IMG/VR virus record: IMGVR_UViG_3300037851_000141
Span: 1 to 64,000 of that record
DNA length: 64,000 bases
Strand: one strand, 5' to 3'
From: a virus
Lineage: Duplodnaviria; Caudoviricetes
Of the stretch, positions 30,801 to 39,695 are shown piece after piece (the first letter of the stretch is position 1; every line of letters begins with the position of its first letter). A program made the translations under genes and the position numbers. The notes under the pieces were generated by a model. That model saw only the letters and a list, made by a program, of their open reading frames with translations. It ran no database searches and was not told the DNA's origin.

Positions 30801-31501
30801 TGACCAACTGATGATGAGTCTGATGGGTTGAAAATAGGGACATTTGTTGAATCATATGGACGCAAGTTTGTTGAAGCTAATCTATCCAAGACAGATAACG
30901 GCATTGTGTCCGATACATTAAGAACTATATCTGTTGCTGTAAATGTCTCACGCACACCAGAAGTACTTGCGGTCCAGAAACTCTTAGGAGCAGTATATGG
31001 AAGTTGAAACCCTTTATATGTAAAATCACTTTGTTGAACTGAGCGAGTACCAAATCCTTTTACCATATAAATTATGCTGTAAGGATTGGTAAAAGAGAAT
31101 TCATCTCCGTTTGGTGTAGACTTATTTGATGGGAATATTGAATAGGCCGGAATCTCAAAATAAGACCCCTCCTTACCTAAACAATACTCTGGATCTAATG
31201 AACCTATAACATCAATTGTAGCTGAACGATATCCTCTTGGGTTATATGATAAAAGTTTGGCAATTCTATTTAAGTTCTTATATCTCTTGGCTGTTGGAAG
31301 AAAAGGTTCATTGGCGGCAGCATTGATATAAAATCCCATATTTGCGCCAAGCCAAGAATATAAACCAGTTAACGTATTAATGTTGGATGACTCAAAATCT
31401 ACATCTTTAAACGTTCCAGTTTCACGTAAATAATTAATAAGTTCATTCTTTATAGCATCAAAGTCCGTAGCTGTATAATTGATGGTGATTGGGTTTGCCA
31501 T
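27878..31501 (-). CDS. gp6: Baseplate wedge subunit (T4 gp6-like) with an inserted triple beta module
   Basis: YTATDFDAIKNEL..FKD.DFESS..AANE.FL.TA..AKLLSYNP and GGAFPENTEELRYNA..QDRIVSLDDY. Confidence 0.9.
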   Translation of the reverse strand: MANPITINYTATDFDAIKNELINYLRETGTFKDVDFESSNINTLTGLYSWLGANMGFYINAAANEPFLPTAKRYKNLNRIAKLLSYNPRGYRSATIDVIGSLDPEYCLGKEGSYFEIPAYSIFPSNKSTPNGDEFSFTNPYSIIYMVKGFGTRSVQQSDFTYKGFQLPYTAPKSFWTASTSGVRETFTATDIVLNVSDTMPLSVLDRLASTNLRPYDSTNVPIFNPSDSSSVGQPFTRNIETKNTSLTIRKDTTYCIVFTYDAQQAKPYLEIYDETNITEDKKDNIISTIRLMSEDADGNFWTLKEIQNNAKYKFYLGVLGMNNLESVSFEFDKLESTTNGIKQIHMDINKSGDKSELEVLINGQIYSFNQGRISSQIFESNIWDVNQSYYNVNLCILSPDSPDYNYDAKLDVTSKEPGTNEVTIARIFPSYVDQETGTPTVQRTVGQRFGDFQVVPNITVETTEQKTGSVSFSEGINKVFVAFDKPFTPGTSGDVEYAISLTPSQNVQVWYSDKNEDGFSINVEANTGFDGDVNWVATKINTEETREIEVSFNTPIPEIAGQTPDYTIFLTPSDNIRVWFEDKTVNGFKLKAEKSFSGTVSYSTFVFSNDEDVVAETNSSTQKRGTITLGAGSTSKDIVFDKEFTTNEYGLHMIANKNVNVWYTNKTINGFTINIEESDEKVNIDWFADYSDSYDYQKHGMVNFSGQITSAGTLPGLRFTNIPETFAINDLTQGTIKFSFINSNGVIDRANNNLGIKFSADRKSTQEIKFQIEQEDISYSDLRVFVKNSAGDWEEWLNASDMTLSTNIKIGSKVFFSRVEDTKYIEISFGNGVDFGTDPFGNEIIIFGLLTVGQDGNIPPNSLADSIVLSRQILGDDNITLQFEDQFIQLLGLKSSTYFAADERTNTTAIYDSDGTAINSTILSIQQPSSAIGGAFPENTEELRYNAASANLRQDRIVSLDDYSSFVDSAFNDIVLRSKPLSYRELQESGLLPETEIEKYFFNTIFLVILPKSGNEITKRQRDYILETLKENYKSMATVEHELVNAKLIPIDVRVRFRPLKFGNTTSIETSIQKVIRDYFDRNNHELGEELQPSDIVQKVFEEVSGIDYIEIAMNKDEGDKLKKVDYDIDAVTGVNETVAEVKRKKILELLAKDATLLTIVEPLLDVKNSKTNEREWVFSLNIQMNDFEFPILGDIIIELDPGANG

Positions 31502-31504
31502 AGT

Positions 31505-31888
31505 TTATAATCGCTCCAGCGTTACATCAAGATTTTCTATCTGATTTGTTGCTATAATCTTATATATAACATTTATTTCGTACGCACTTGAACTAAAATC
31601 CATTTGTACTTGAAGGTTGAGTAATTGAATTCTCTTCTCATAATTCTTGATGGTATTTTGTAATTCTTCACCAATACGACGAGCAGTATCTTCATCAAAT
31701 GGCTCAAATAAGAATGATCGGATTCTACATCCATAATCAGGTAAAAATATACGAGATCCGCGAGCAGTATCAACCATCATCCGAAGACCTTGTTTGATAG
31801 AATCTGCGTTTACAACTTCAGATATATCACCTTGAGAATTTACACCTAAATCTAATGGTAGGTCTTTGAAGAATATAAGGTCAGCCAT
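31505..31888 (-). CDS. gp25: Baseplate wedge/sheath initiator (gp25/GPW)
   Basis: SIKQGL..T.RGSRIFLPDYGC..LFEP..I..YEKRI. Confidence 0.92.
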   Translation of the reverse strand: MADLIFFKDLPLDLGVNSQGDISEVVNADSIKQGLRMMVDTARGSRIFLPDYGCRIRSFLFEPFDEDTARRIGEELQNTIKNYEKRIQLLNLQVQMDFSSSAYEINVIYKIIATNQIENLDVTLERL

Positions 31889-31908
31889 GGTATTCCTTGG
31901 TCAACCTA

Positions 31909-31916
31909 TATTTATA
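31909..31916 (-). promoter_or_regulatory. T4-type late promoter TATAAATA
   Basis: Exact consensus 20 nt upstream of the gp25 ATG. Confidence 0.75.
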
Positions 31917-31923
31917 TATTTTA

Positions 31924-33609
31924 TCAGCGAGGACGATTATAAACTAAATCTGATAGCTTATATGGATCTGGGTCGCCATCTGGTTTACCACTATAAGGTT
32001 TTTGTACCGTTATACCGTCAACACGCTCCGCTCTTGTGGCATTATCAGCACTATCAGGATTTTCGCCCCTACGAGCAGATGCCGCTGTACCTGTTCCATT
32101 ACCACCAACAACCTGTAATCCGTGAGCTATAACCGGAGAACCAAGATTAGCCTCTCCACGATTTCTTAAATATCCACCACATTCTATTCCAGTAGATACT
32201 ATTAATTGATTAGCTATTCGAGTTCTACCACTTATATCTGTTTGGTTGTTTATGAAAAGATTGTTTGTTATATGTACGTTATCAGATATCTTCATTGTAG
32301 TTGTATCAACATTTACATTTTGTCCCGTTGTTATTGATAAATTGGATGTAGCGACCATATCAATGTTTCTGGCAGATAACTTAAAGTCTTTTTCAACTAA
32401 AGTATCCATATTACCACCAACAGTCATCTTACAATCACCATCAACTTTTATATTGGAATTCTTTTTTATATGTGCGTTTAAGTTATAACCTATTTCAGCA
32501 TCAACGTTTCCAGCAATATCAGCATTTACGTTGCCTTTTTGTACAATAAGATCAACATCACCTTCTCGTACAGTAATACCAACACTATTCATAACATCTA
32601 TTTGAGCATGAGAGTCACATTGAATATGTACTCGACCTTTAGCATATACATCATAATTGCCTAATACATGTAATTCGTGATTCCCCTCAACACCAACTTC
32701 ATAATGGCAAGGTTCATCCAAGTCAGAATTAGTAGGAAGATAATCAACTTCTCGCTTTTTACCAACATATATTTTTCTATTGCCAAATTTATCGGTGTAT
32801 TCCATGTAATTTTTATGAATAACAAATATCTGTTCAGCACCATTACGTTGATCTATTATAATTGTTGTTCCATTCGCACTTGTCATACATTGAATATCAC
32901 GGTTTGTTGTATCTTCACCCCCAGCAGCATTAGGAACTTCAATAGCTAAATCTGGCTTGGCAACAAGAGTGTTCACAACGGCATTCTTAGCCCAACTATC
33001 ATCTGTCGCTTTTACTCCCTCTCTTGGTGTAAATTCCTTCTTAAACTCAGTTATCTGCTGTACTTTAGCGTCCAATTCCATCGTTCGCCATGATTTTGTT
33101 GCTATCCAATCCCGAGCATTTGGAGCCATAGCGAAATATATTGGTTTATCGTGATTACCACCTTCGAAAAATAAGAATACCCAATTACCACGTTTAGGTA
33201 CAACAAAGTTACCACCAGTTCCACAAGCATTAGAAACAGCATCTTTACGTGAATCTATAAACTCTGTTTCTGGTAAAATAGGGAAGGACTCAACTGTTTT
33301 GGATGTACCATTTACAAGAACATCACTTCCAACATTATATCTACCATCCTTTATAGCATTTCTTTGGTCTTCTGGCTTATAGTCCTTATTATAAACGTTA
33401 TGTCCACCACTCCAAGCTAATGACAAGGCCGGCTCTGCCCAAGGTAATTGTTCAACCGGAGTTACCTTACCATCAAAATTGTGTATACTAAAAATTCTTA
33501 CTCGTACTCTTCCAGCATCAAGCGGATCAACGTTATCTTCAACAACTCCACGAAATATACCAGCAAATGAATAGTCTATCTTACTAAAAAACTCTGGATT
33601 AAGTGCCAT
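31924..33609 (-). CDS. gp5: Central spike (gp5/VgrG-like OB-fold plus beta-helix), no lysozyme domain
   Basis: FRGVVED.VDPL.AGRVRVR, VPKRG.WV.LFF.GG..D.P, and octapeptide repeats (VLGNYDVY, IAGNVDAE, VGGNMDTL). Confidence 0.88.
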   Translation of the reverse strand: MALNPEFFSKIDYSFAGIFRGVVEDNVDPLDAGRVRVRIFSIHNFDGKVTPVEQLPWAEPALSLAWSGGHNVYNKDYKPEDQRNAIKDGRYNVGSDVLVNGTSKTVESFPILPETEFIDSRKDAVSNACGTGGNFVVPKRGNWVFLFFEGGNHDKPIYFAMAPNARDWIATKSWRTMELDAKVQQITEFKKEFTPREGVKATDDSWAKNAVVNTLVAKPDLAIEVPNAAGGEDTTNRDIQCMTSANGTTIIIDQRNGAEQIFVIHKNYMEYTDKFGNRKIYVGKKREVDYLPTNSDLDEPCHYEVGVEGNHELHVLGNYDVYAKGRVHIQCDSHAQIDVMNSVGITVREGDVDLIVQKGNVNADIAGNVDAEIGYNLNAHIKKNSNIKVDGDCKMTVGGNMDTLVEKDFKLSARNIDMVATSNLSITTGQNVNVDTTTMKISDNVHITNNLFINNQTDISGRTRIANQLIVSTGIECGGYLRNRGEANLGSPVIAHGLQVVGGNGTGTAASARRGENPDSADNATRAERVDGITVQKPYSGKPDGDPDPYKLSDLVYNRPR

Positions 33610-33619
33610 ATCTCAGTCC

Positions 33620-34240
33620 TTAACAGAAGGGGTCAAAGATACTTATACGTCCAGTTATCGTTTTTTTATCATATTTTCCTTTTACAACACCACTTAAAAA
33701 CGCTAACGTACTCTTAAGAAAATCACATGCTCTCTTTATTTGAGTTGGACAAAGATATGGTTTATTTTCTATATGGTAATATCTGACTATTCCAACCATG
33801 GCTAAATTTATGATTCTGGCTCGGGCGGCGGCTTTATTCTCTTTATTAGTTGATTTATGAGCCATATTATTTATTTGTATCAATTCTTTTACTTCTTCTG
33901 GTATTTTTTCTCCCTGCTGCCAAGACCACTTATAAAGATACTTAAATATCTTAGTAGCTAACTTATCCTTAAGACATATACTATCAATATTGACTTCATA
34001 TAAATCCTCAAATTTTCCAGTTTCAACTTCAACTTGTAAACTATCGGGGGGAGGATCTTGAAACCACCATTTTATATCATTCTTATCAGGTAAATCATCA
34101 ACTGATAAATTATTCTTAGAAACAAAATCCCAATTATCTACCAATTCTTCAGCCAAATCTTCAATAGCAGGTAATTCTAATTTCTTGTTCTTCTTCTTTA
34201 ATCTCTCAACTATGATTTTTCTGGCAACATCTTTATTCAT
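33620..34240 (-). CDS. Hypothetical protein
   Basis: 206-aa ORF in a tightly packed operon; no family recognised. Confidence 0.7.
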   Translation of the reverse strand: MNKDVARKIIVERLKKKNKKLELPAIEDLAEELVDNWDFVSKNNLSVDDLPDKNDIKWWFQDPPPDSLQVEVETGKFEDLYEVNIDSICLKDKLATKIFKYLYKWSWQQGEKIPEEVKELIQINNMAHKSTNKENKAAARARIINLAMVGIVRYYHIENKPYLCPTQIKRACDFLKSTLAFLSGVVKGKYDKKTITGRISIFDPFC

Positions 34241-34755
34241 TATATTAGTATTAGAGCCTTGACTGCTGTTGCTGCTGCTCTAACTCCTATATCAGTAGCC
34301 ACTTCTAATACTTTTTTAACAGCATCACCAAAATCATTCCAAAAAGTATTAATTTCAGTAGTAACAACAATTCCAAGTTCAATTGTTTTAGACGCAACTT
34401 CTCTATAATCCTTAAGTTCAGAAAATGATAATGAATCTAAATTTTCAATAGATTTTAGGAGGCCAACATAAATCACATATTCTTTTTGAGCTTCTGTCAT
34501 TCCTAAAAGATTTTGACCATGCTTTAATAATAATTTGGCCGATTCTGCTATAACAACTTCCTTCGCTTCAGTTTTCATATCTTTTAGTGTTAAATTAGCA
34601 AGATCAGTTAAATATTTTTTTACGTCTTTTTCTTTACCCGATTCTGATTGTCTAATTACTGTAGTTGTTATCGTAGATTGATCAGTTGATGATGAACCGA
34701 ACAATTTTTTCAGAAATTCTATGATAATATCCCATATAGATTTGTTATTACTCAT
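34240..34755 (-). CDS. Hypothetical protein with amphipathic termini
   Basis: IWDIIIEFLKKLFG N-terminus; hydrophobic/amphipathic C-terminus. Confidence 0.7.
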   Translation of the reverse strand: MSNNKSIWDIIIEFLKKLFGSSSTDQSTITTTVIRQSESGKEKDVKKYLTDLANLTLKDMKTEAKEVVIAESAKLLLKHGQNLLGMTEAQKEYVIYVGLLKSIENLDSLSFSELKDYREVASKTIELGIVVTTEINTFWNDFGDAVKKVLEVATDIGVRAAATAVKALILI

Positions 34756-34997
34756 TTGCCACTCTCCACGGTTTTAGCCGCATTTCTGAAATCTTTATTA
34801 TCCTTAATTACAATCTCAAGCAATTCTTTATGTTGTTGCTCAATTGTCATTTTCTTAAATTCTGGATGGTTGATCATGGTTTCATTGGTATCTGCTATGC
34901 GAGTTAGATTATATGAAAAGTCTTCTGGTAAACGATAACAACCTGATGCTACAGCTATTACTGTTACGAGGATACACGCAGGTAAATATTTAATCAT
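34752..34997 (-). CDS. Putative lipoprotein
   Basis: MIK, hydrophobic core, then a lipobox-like VASG-C. Confidence 0.6.
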   Translation of the reverse strand: MIKYLPACILVTVIAVASGCYRLPEDFSYNLTRIADTNETMINHPEFKKMTIEQQHKELLEIVIKDNKDFRNAAKTVESGK

Positions 34998-35007
34998 AGT
35001 ATATTCC

Positions 35008-35436
35008 TTATTTTGTATAAGTTTTACATCTTTGACAATAAGCTAAAGATACCGTACCATACATTTTACAAAGAGCCTGTTTTTCATTAACTTGAATTGT
35101 TGCTGGAGGAATTGGTGCGGTTTGTTCTATTACGGGAATATCCTCTTCAACCCATACTTCAATCGTGTCTGGAACTTGCTTTGTTTCTGTTGTAATTGTT
35201 TGTTTATTAGCTTTACAGCCGCAACCCTTTTTATGTTCAATAGTTATAGTCTTCATTAATGGATTGCCTTGTTCATCAACTCTTTGTATTATTTTTCTTA
35301 CTTTTCTTTTACCTGGAGTTTCACTTGCCTGAATGTTTGTATTTGCCTCTGGATTAGGAATAGTGGTTTGTTTAGCAGGCAATAACTTTAACATGAAACG
35401 GCAGGGTTGTGTCTCAAGTTCTCTTATAGTAGCCAT
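35008..35436 (-). CDS. Hypothetical Cys-motif protein
   Basis: GCGC and LC..YCQRC motifs; AAGGA RBS. Confidence 0.65.
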   Translation of the reverse strand: MATIRELETQPCRFMLKLLPAKQTTIPNPEANTNIQASETPGKRKVRKIIQRVDEQGNPLMKTITIEHKKGCGCKANKQTITTETKQVPDTIEVWVEEDIPVIEQTAPIPPATIQVNEKQALCKMYGTVSLAYCQRCKTYTK

Positions 35437-35487
35437 AATTCGTGTTCCTTATTATATTATATCAAACTTTAATCATTATTCTTACTT

Positions 35488-36240
35488 TTATACGAACCTC
35501 AGTACATAGTTATTTGCCGGAACCATGCCAGAATGCGCCCAACCAACAGACATACTTAATTCATCTGCTGTACGATGTGTAAAATTCAATGGAGATAAAC
35601 TTATTGGAAATGCGTCAATAAACTTATATTCCATTATTTTCTCACGATGGTTATTTGTTATTATAAGGTGTATATCCTGGAAGAATGTATCAATCATCCC
35701 TCGACCACTCATGTTGTTAAACTCTTCTGGATTGTGGAGAGCATACATCCAATATAACATAATATTATAGTTTAATAGATTCTCGCTAACAACCATTTTT
35801 GTATTAAGATCAGAAAAATGAATCTTGCTTGCTCTTGAAACATCAGCAAACATAGTTCCCAACGTTACCTTATCAATATTAACAGACGGTAAATCAACAT
35901 CTTGAATATACAACATGAAATTTCTTAAATCTAAGTTAAGTTCTCTCATTATTTTAGATTGTCTTTGAGCTTCAGTCTGATTACATGGAGAACCTGATGT
36001 ACCAGTAGTTCCTGATGTTCCCGTAGATAATCCTGGGTTTGTTGGATCAAATTCTGGACCATCACCACATTCTGAGCCACTTGTGCTTGGTGTTGTTGAA
36101 ACAAATACCGTTGGACGAGTAGCTTCAGCAAAGGCACTACCAATAAACGCTGCGGTTGGCAAATTAGGTATTACGAGAATGTAATTGTCCGCATGTGCTT
36201 CGTTTATTTCAAGAATGGTATTTGGTTCACTTGATGCCAT
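35488..36240 (-). CDS. gp3: Tail tube terminator (T4 gp3-like, tube fold)
   Basis: FMLYIQDVDLPSVNI..FSDL..VSENL.NY..WM..KF.DAFPISLS.LNF. Confidence 0.75.
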   Translation of the reverse strand: MASSEPNTILEINEAHADNYILVIPNLPTAAFIGSAFAEATRPTVFVSTTPSTSGSECGDGPEFDPTNPGLSTGTSGTTGTSGSPCNQTEAQRQSKIMRELNLDLRNFMLYIQDVDLPSVNIDKVTLGTMFADVSRASKIHFSDLNTKMVVSENLLNYNIMLYWMYALHNPEEFNNMSGRGMIDTFFQDIHLIITNNHREKIMEYKFIDAFPISLSPLNFTHRTADELSMSVGWAHSGMVPANNYVLRFV

Positions 36241-36242
36241 TG

Positions 36243-38006
36243 TTAATCCCTAAATAGACTTATAATCTTTTGTTGAAATGACTCATTGACGGTTTGCGGT
36301 TGTTGGTCTGGTATTACTGTAGCATTGGATGGTGGATCCTTATATTTTTTAGCAGAATCATATATAGATTGAGGAATGTCTAACCAGCGTTTAACATTGG
36401 ACGAATATTTATAAGCTATAGCTGGTTCTTTACATATTTGTACAATGATTTCTGGAGGGACATTTTCCCAATTAAGTATGAATCGAACAAGTTTGCCGGG
36501 ATCATTAGGTCGGTTAAGTAGTCCTTCAATCGTTTCTTGAGGGACATTTTGCCATTTAAGTACGTTCGAAGCATATTTGTAAGCATAATCTGGATCTTTA
36601 CTTATACCAGTTATAATTTCTTGAGGGACATTTTGCCATTTAAGTACGTTCGAAGCATATTTGTAAGCATAATCTGGATCTTTACTTATACCAGTTATAA
36701 TTTCTTGAGGGACATTTTGCCATTTAAGTATATTTTCAGCATAATTGTAAGCAGTATTTGGAGATTTACTTATACCAGTTATTATTTCTTCAGGGACATT
36801 TTGCCATTTAAGGACTTGGGAAGCATACTGATGGGCCAATAATGGTAGTCTGGTCATAACATAAAGTGGTTCTAAATAAACCTTTTCAGAATAAACTATA
36901 TTAGAACCAATTTGTTCAATATCATCTATAGACATATTATTCACAGTTTCTTTTTCTATTATAGACGGATTATCTTTGAATAATTTTGATTCATCATCAG
37001 TTAATGATTTAATCATTCTATTTGATAGTTTTATATTTACACGTTGTTTTAGTTTTTCAATATAACGTTTCCAGAGTTTAGGATATTTTTGTTCAAACTC
37101 ATGTGGAATATCATAATTTCCAACTTCAATATATTTAGCTAAGATTTGTTCTTGAGTATTACCTAACGTATTCCAATCTTCATCATTTATCTTTCTTCCA
37201 ACTTCAACGAATAGTAATTTATCATCAAGAGTTTTTAGTTCAGTAATGCTTTTTACTTTTTCAATATATTCATAGATATGTTTTTCTTTATCGGAATGAG
37301 GAATGAATTTAATAACTTTATCAAATATAGGTTCTAAAGCTGGGAATTGTTTGAGTATTTCTTCTTTAGTTATATTATCATCTCTATTTGGAGTAGCATA
37401 ATTGATTTGATATCGATCATTTGGATAAGCATGAATTACAACAAGATTCTCTGGAGCATTCCCTTGTGCTTCCTTATTCTTAAAGTAAATAAAGTAGAAC
37501 GTAGCAGGACTGCCAGTTGTAACACCACTACGATACCCATGATATAGATTACCACTATCAGAACGAGAGATACAGAAGCCATATTTGCGACCTTGACCAT
37601 ATTTAATACACTTTTCTTTAGAATCTCCAAGGAAGATTTTCACATTATCATCTTCGTATATAGGTTTATCATCAATTTCTTTATTATCTATGTCTAATTT
37701 AGTAGCAGTTGAATCTACAAGTTGCTCAAAGTCCTTAAATTCCATTTTATCTATAGGTTTATTATGTATAGCATCATTCTTTATAAATCTTACATAATAA
37801 TCTTGGATAGTATTTAACGGTATTCCAGAGAGATAGAATTCAACTAATTTAGGAAGGTGTTTGTTGTTCTTTCCTTGAGTTGTACCTTTGAATGGTTCAG
37901 TTATAGATAGTAATTTCTCGTAATCTTCCTCTTTGCCAGCTTTTTTCAATTTAGCTTTGGCGTTGTTTTCGTTTTGACCTTCTAATATAAATTGACTAAA
38001 ACTCAT
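36243..38006 (-). CDS. Putative internal head protein with 28-aa helical repeats
   Basis: MSFSQFILE N-terminus; KCIKYG..YGFCISR..TFYFIY region; KWQNVPQEIITGISKDPDYAYKYASNVL repeats. Confidence 0.55.
   Translation of the reverse strand: MSFSQFILEGQNENNAKAKLKKAGKEEDYEKLLSITEPFKGTTQGKNNKHLPKLVEFYLSGIPLNTIQDYYVRFIKNDAIHNKPIDKMEFKDFEQLVDSTATKLDIDNKEIDDKPIYEDDNVKIFLGDSKEKCIKYGQGRKYGFCISRSDSGNLYHGYRSGVTTGSPATFYFIYFKNKEAQGNAPENLVVIHAYPNDRYQINYATPNRDDNITKEEILKQFPALEPIFDKVIKFIPHSDKEKHIYEYIEKVKSITELKTLDDKLLFVEVGRKINDEDWNTLGNTQEQILAKYIEVGNYDIPHEFEQKYPKLWKRYIEKLKQRVNIKLSNRMIKSLTDDESKLFKDNPSIIEKETVNNMSIDDIEQIGSNIVYSEKVYLEPLYVMTRLPLLAHQYASQVLKWQNVPEEIITGISKSPNTAYNYAENILKWQNVPQEIITGISKDPDYAYKYASNVLKWQNVPQEIITGISKDPDYAYKYASNVLKWQNVPQETIEGLLNRPNDPGKLVRFILNWENVPPEIIVQICKEPAIAYKYSSNVKRWLDIPQSIYDSAKKYKDPPSNATVIPDQQPQTVNESFQQKIISLFRD
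36457..36830. repeat. 84-bp coding tandem repeat (about 5 copies)
   Basis: gggacattt occurs at 36457, 36541, 36625, 36709 and 36793; 36533-36730 is a perfect period-84 duplication. Confidence 0.92.
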
Positions 38007-38015
38007 ATATTTGCC

Positions 38016-38369
38016 CTATTGTATTCCATCATCTACAAGTCTAAATTCTTGAACGTTTCTTGTTGTATAATCAATTCCATCAATAGTTGTAATTGAAGTA
38101 ATAATAGCAGTATAAAGTCCAGCTACCATTGATGTTGATGTCTGATAACGATAATAATACCATCCAGGACGATTTGGAACTGGTGTCATACTTGTACTTC
38201 TTAGTAATTCCTCAGTCTGAGTTTCATCATAGATAGAAATATTCATACAAGTTGCTGGACGATAATCATTAGCACTTGGAGGAATACTTAAATCAATAAA
38301 TGGCTTATGCTTAACAACAAAAGTTATAGCATTACCTCTGCGATATACTTGATCAAAACGTTCAACCAT
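38016..38369 (-). CDS. Small beta-sandwich (Ig/BppU-like) structural protein
   Basis: ISIYD..M..GWYYY.Y..GLYTA.I pattern; has its own late promoter. Confidence 0.55.
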   Translation of the reverse strand: MVERFDQVYRRGNAITFVVKHKPFIDLSIPPSANDYRPATCMNISIYDETQTEELLRSTSMTPVPNRPGWYYYRYQTSTSMVAGLYTAIITSITTIDGIDYTTRNVQEFRLVDDGIQ

Positions 38370-38386
38370 ATTGTGTTCCTCATCGT

Positions 38387-38394
38387 TATTTATA
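38387..38394 (-). promoter_or_regulatory. T4-type late promoter TATAAATA
   Basis: Exact consensus 17 nt upstream of the ATG at 38369. Confidence 0.75.
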
Positions 38395-38482
38395 TATAAT
38401 CCATCAGAAACTCAATTTGCTTTATCCGAAATGATGAACGATGAACTACTAAAAGAATCTTTTACAAAAACCAGATTTCGAG

Positions 38483-38490
38483 TATAAATA
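38483..38490 (+). promoter_or_regulatory. T4-type late promoter TATAAATA upstream of tnpB
   Basis: Exact consensus 26 nt upstream of the tnpB ATG, followed by an AGAGGA RBS-like sequence. Confidence 0.7.
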
Positions 38491-38516
38491 CTGTTAGAGG
38501 ATGATATAATATAATC

Positions 38517-39695
38517 ATGATAAAGGCTTTTAAGTTCCAACTCTTACCTACGAAAGAACAAGAAGTTCTACTAGCAAAACACTTTGGTTGTAAGAGATTT
38601 GTTTGGAATTACTTCCTCAATAGAAGAAAAGAAGAATATCTAAAAGACAAAAAGACACTTAATTACTATGAATGTGCTTCCGAATTAGTCAATCTAAAGA
38701 AACAAGAAGAAACATCTTGGCTCAAAGAAATAAACTCACAGACACTCCAATCCACTTTACGAGATTTAGATGGAGCATATAATAGATTCTTCCGTAAACA
38801 AAGTAAGTTTCCAAAGTTTAAGAGTAAGTGGGATAGACAATCCTTCAGAGTTCCACAACATATATCAGTAAAAAATAATAAGATATTTTTCCCAAAATTC
38901 AATGAAGGTATAAAAATAAATATCCACAGAGAAATTAACGGCGAAATATGCTTCATTGCCGTTTCTAAAACTCCAACTGGAAAATATTTTGTTTCTATTA
39001 CTTGTGAAGTTGGAGAAATACCTAAACTTCCAATAAGTAATAAGTCAATTGGTGTTGATTTAGGTATTAAAGATTTCGCAGTTTGTTCTAATGGAGAAAA
39101 GTTTGATAACCCAAAACATTATCAAAAACTAGAAAAGAAACTCAAGTTTAGACAAAGACAATTAAGTAAAAAACAAAAAGGAAGCAAATCAAGAGATAAA
39201 CAAAGAAAACAAGTAGCCAGAATCCACGAAAAGATTACTAATAGCAGACAAGACTTCTTACATAAACTTTCAACAAAGTTAATTCACGAAAACCAAGTGA
39301 TATGTATTGAAGACTTAGATGTTAAAGGTATGATGGCAGATAGAAATGTTGCTAAATCAATTGGTACGTGTGGTTGGGGTGAATTTGTCCGACAACTCAA
39401 TTACAAAGCAGAATGGTATGGAAGAGAAATCATTAAAGTTGATAGATTCTTCCCAAGTTCTAAAACTTGTAATCACTGTGGTTGGATTAACGAAGGATTA
39501 ACATTGAGTGATAGAGAATGGACTTGTTGTTGTGGAAAAGTAATAGATAGAGACTTAAATGCGGCTCTAAATATATTACAACAAGGGGTAAATCTCAAAA
39601 AGTCTGGTTTAGGAATTAAATCGGACTCTAAACAAAAACAGGTGGAGGCGTCTACATTAGTAGAGTCTACGAAACCTGAAATTCAACATCTTTAG
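38517..39695 (+). CDS. tnpB: TnpB RNA-guided endonuclease (IS605 OrfB family)
   Basis: N-terminal HTH (AFKFQLLPT..HFG..RFVWN), RuvC-I GVDLG, RuvC-II IEDL, Zn ribbon SSKTCNHC..WTCCC, RuvC-III DRDLNAALN; all three acidic catalytic residues present. Confidence 0.95.
   Translation: MIKAFKFQLLPTKEQEVLLAKHFGCKRFVWNYFLNRRKEEYLKDKKTLNYYECASELVNLKKQEETSWLKEINSQTLQSTLRDLDGAYNRFFRKQSKFPKFKSKWDRQSFRVPQHISVKNNKIFFPKFNEGIKINIHREINGEICFIAVSKTPTGKYFVSITCEVGEIPKLPISNKSIGVDLGIKDFAVCSNGEKFDNPKHYQKLEKKLKFRQRQLSKKQKGSKSRDKQRKQVARIHEKITNSRQDFLHKLSTKLIHENQVICIEDLDVKGMMADRNVAKSIGTCGWGEFVRQLNYKAEWYGREIIKVDRFFPSSKTCNHCGWINEGLTLSDREWTCCCGKVIDRDLNAALNILQQGVNLKKSGLGIKSDSKQKQVEASTLVESTKPEIQHL

Noticed and set aside
36457-36830. 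84-bp repeats as a CRISPR array or DGR template/variable pair
   Set aside because: There are no unique spacers, the repeat is in frame within a CDS, two copies are identical, and no cas or reverse transcriptase gene is in the window.
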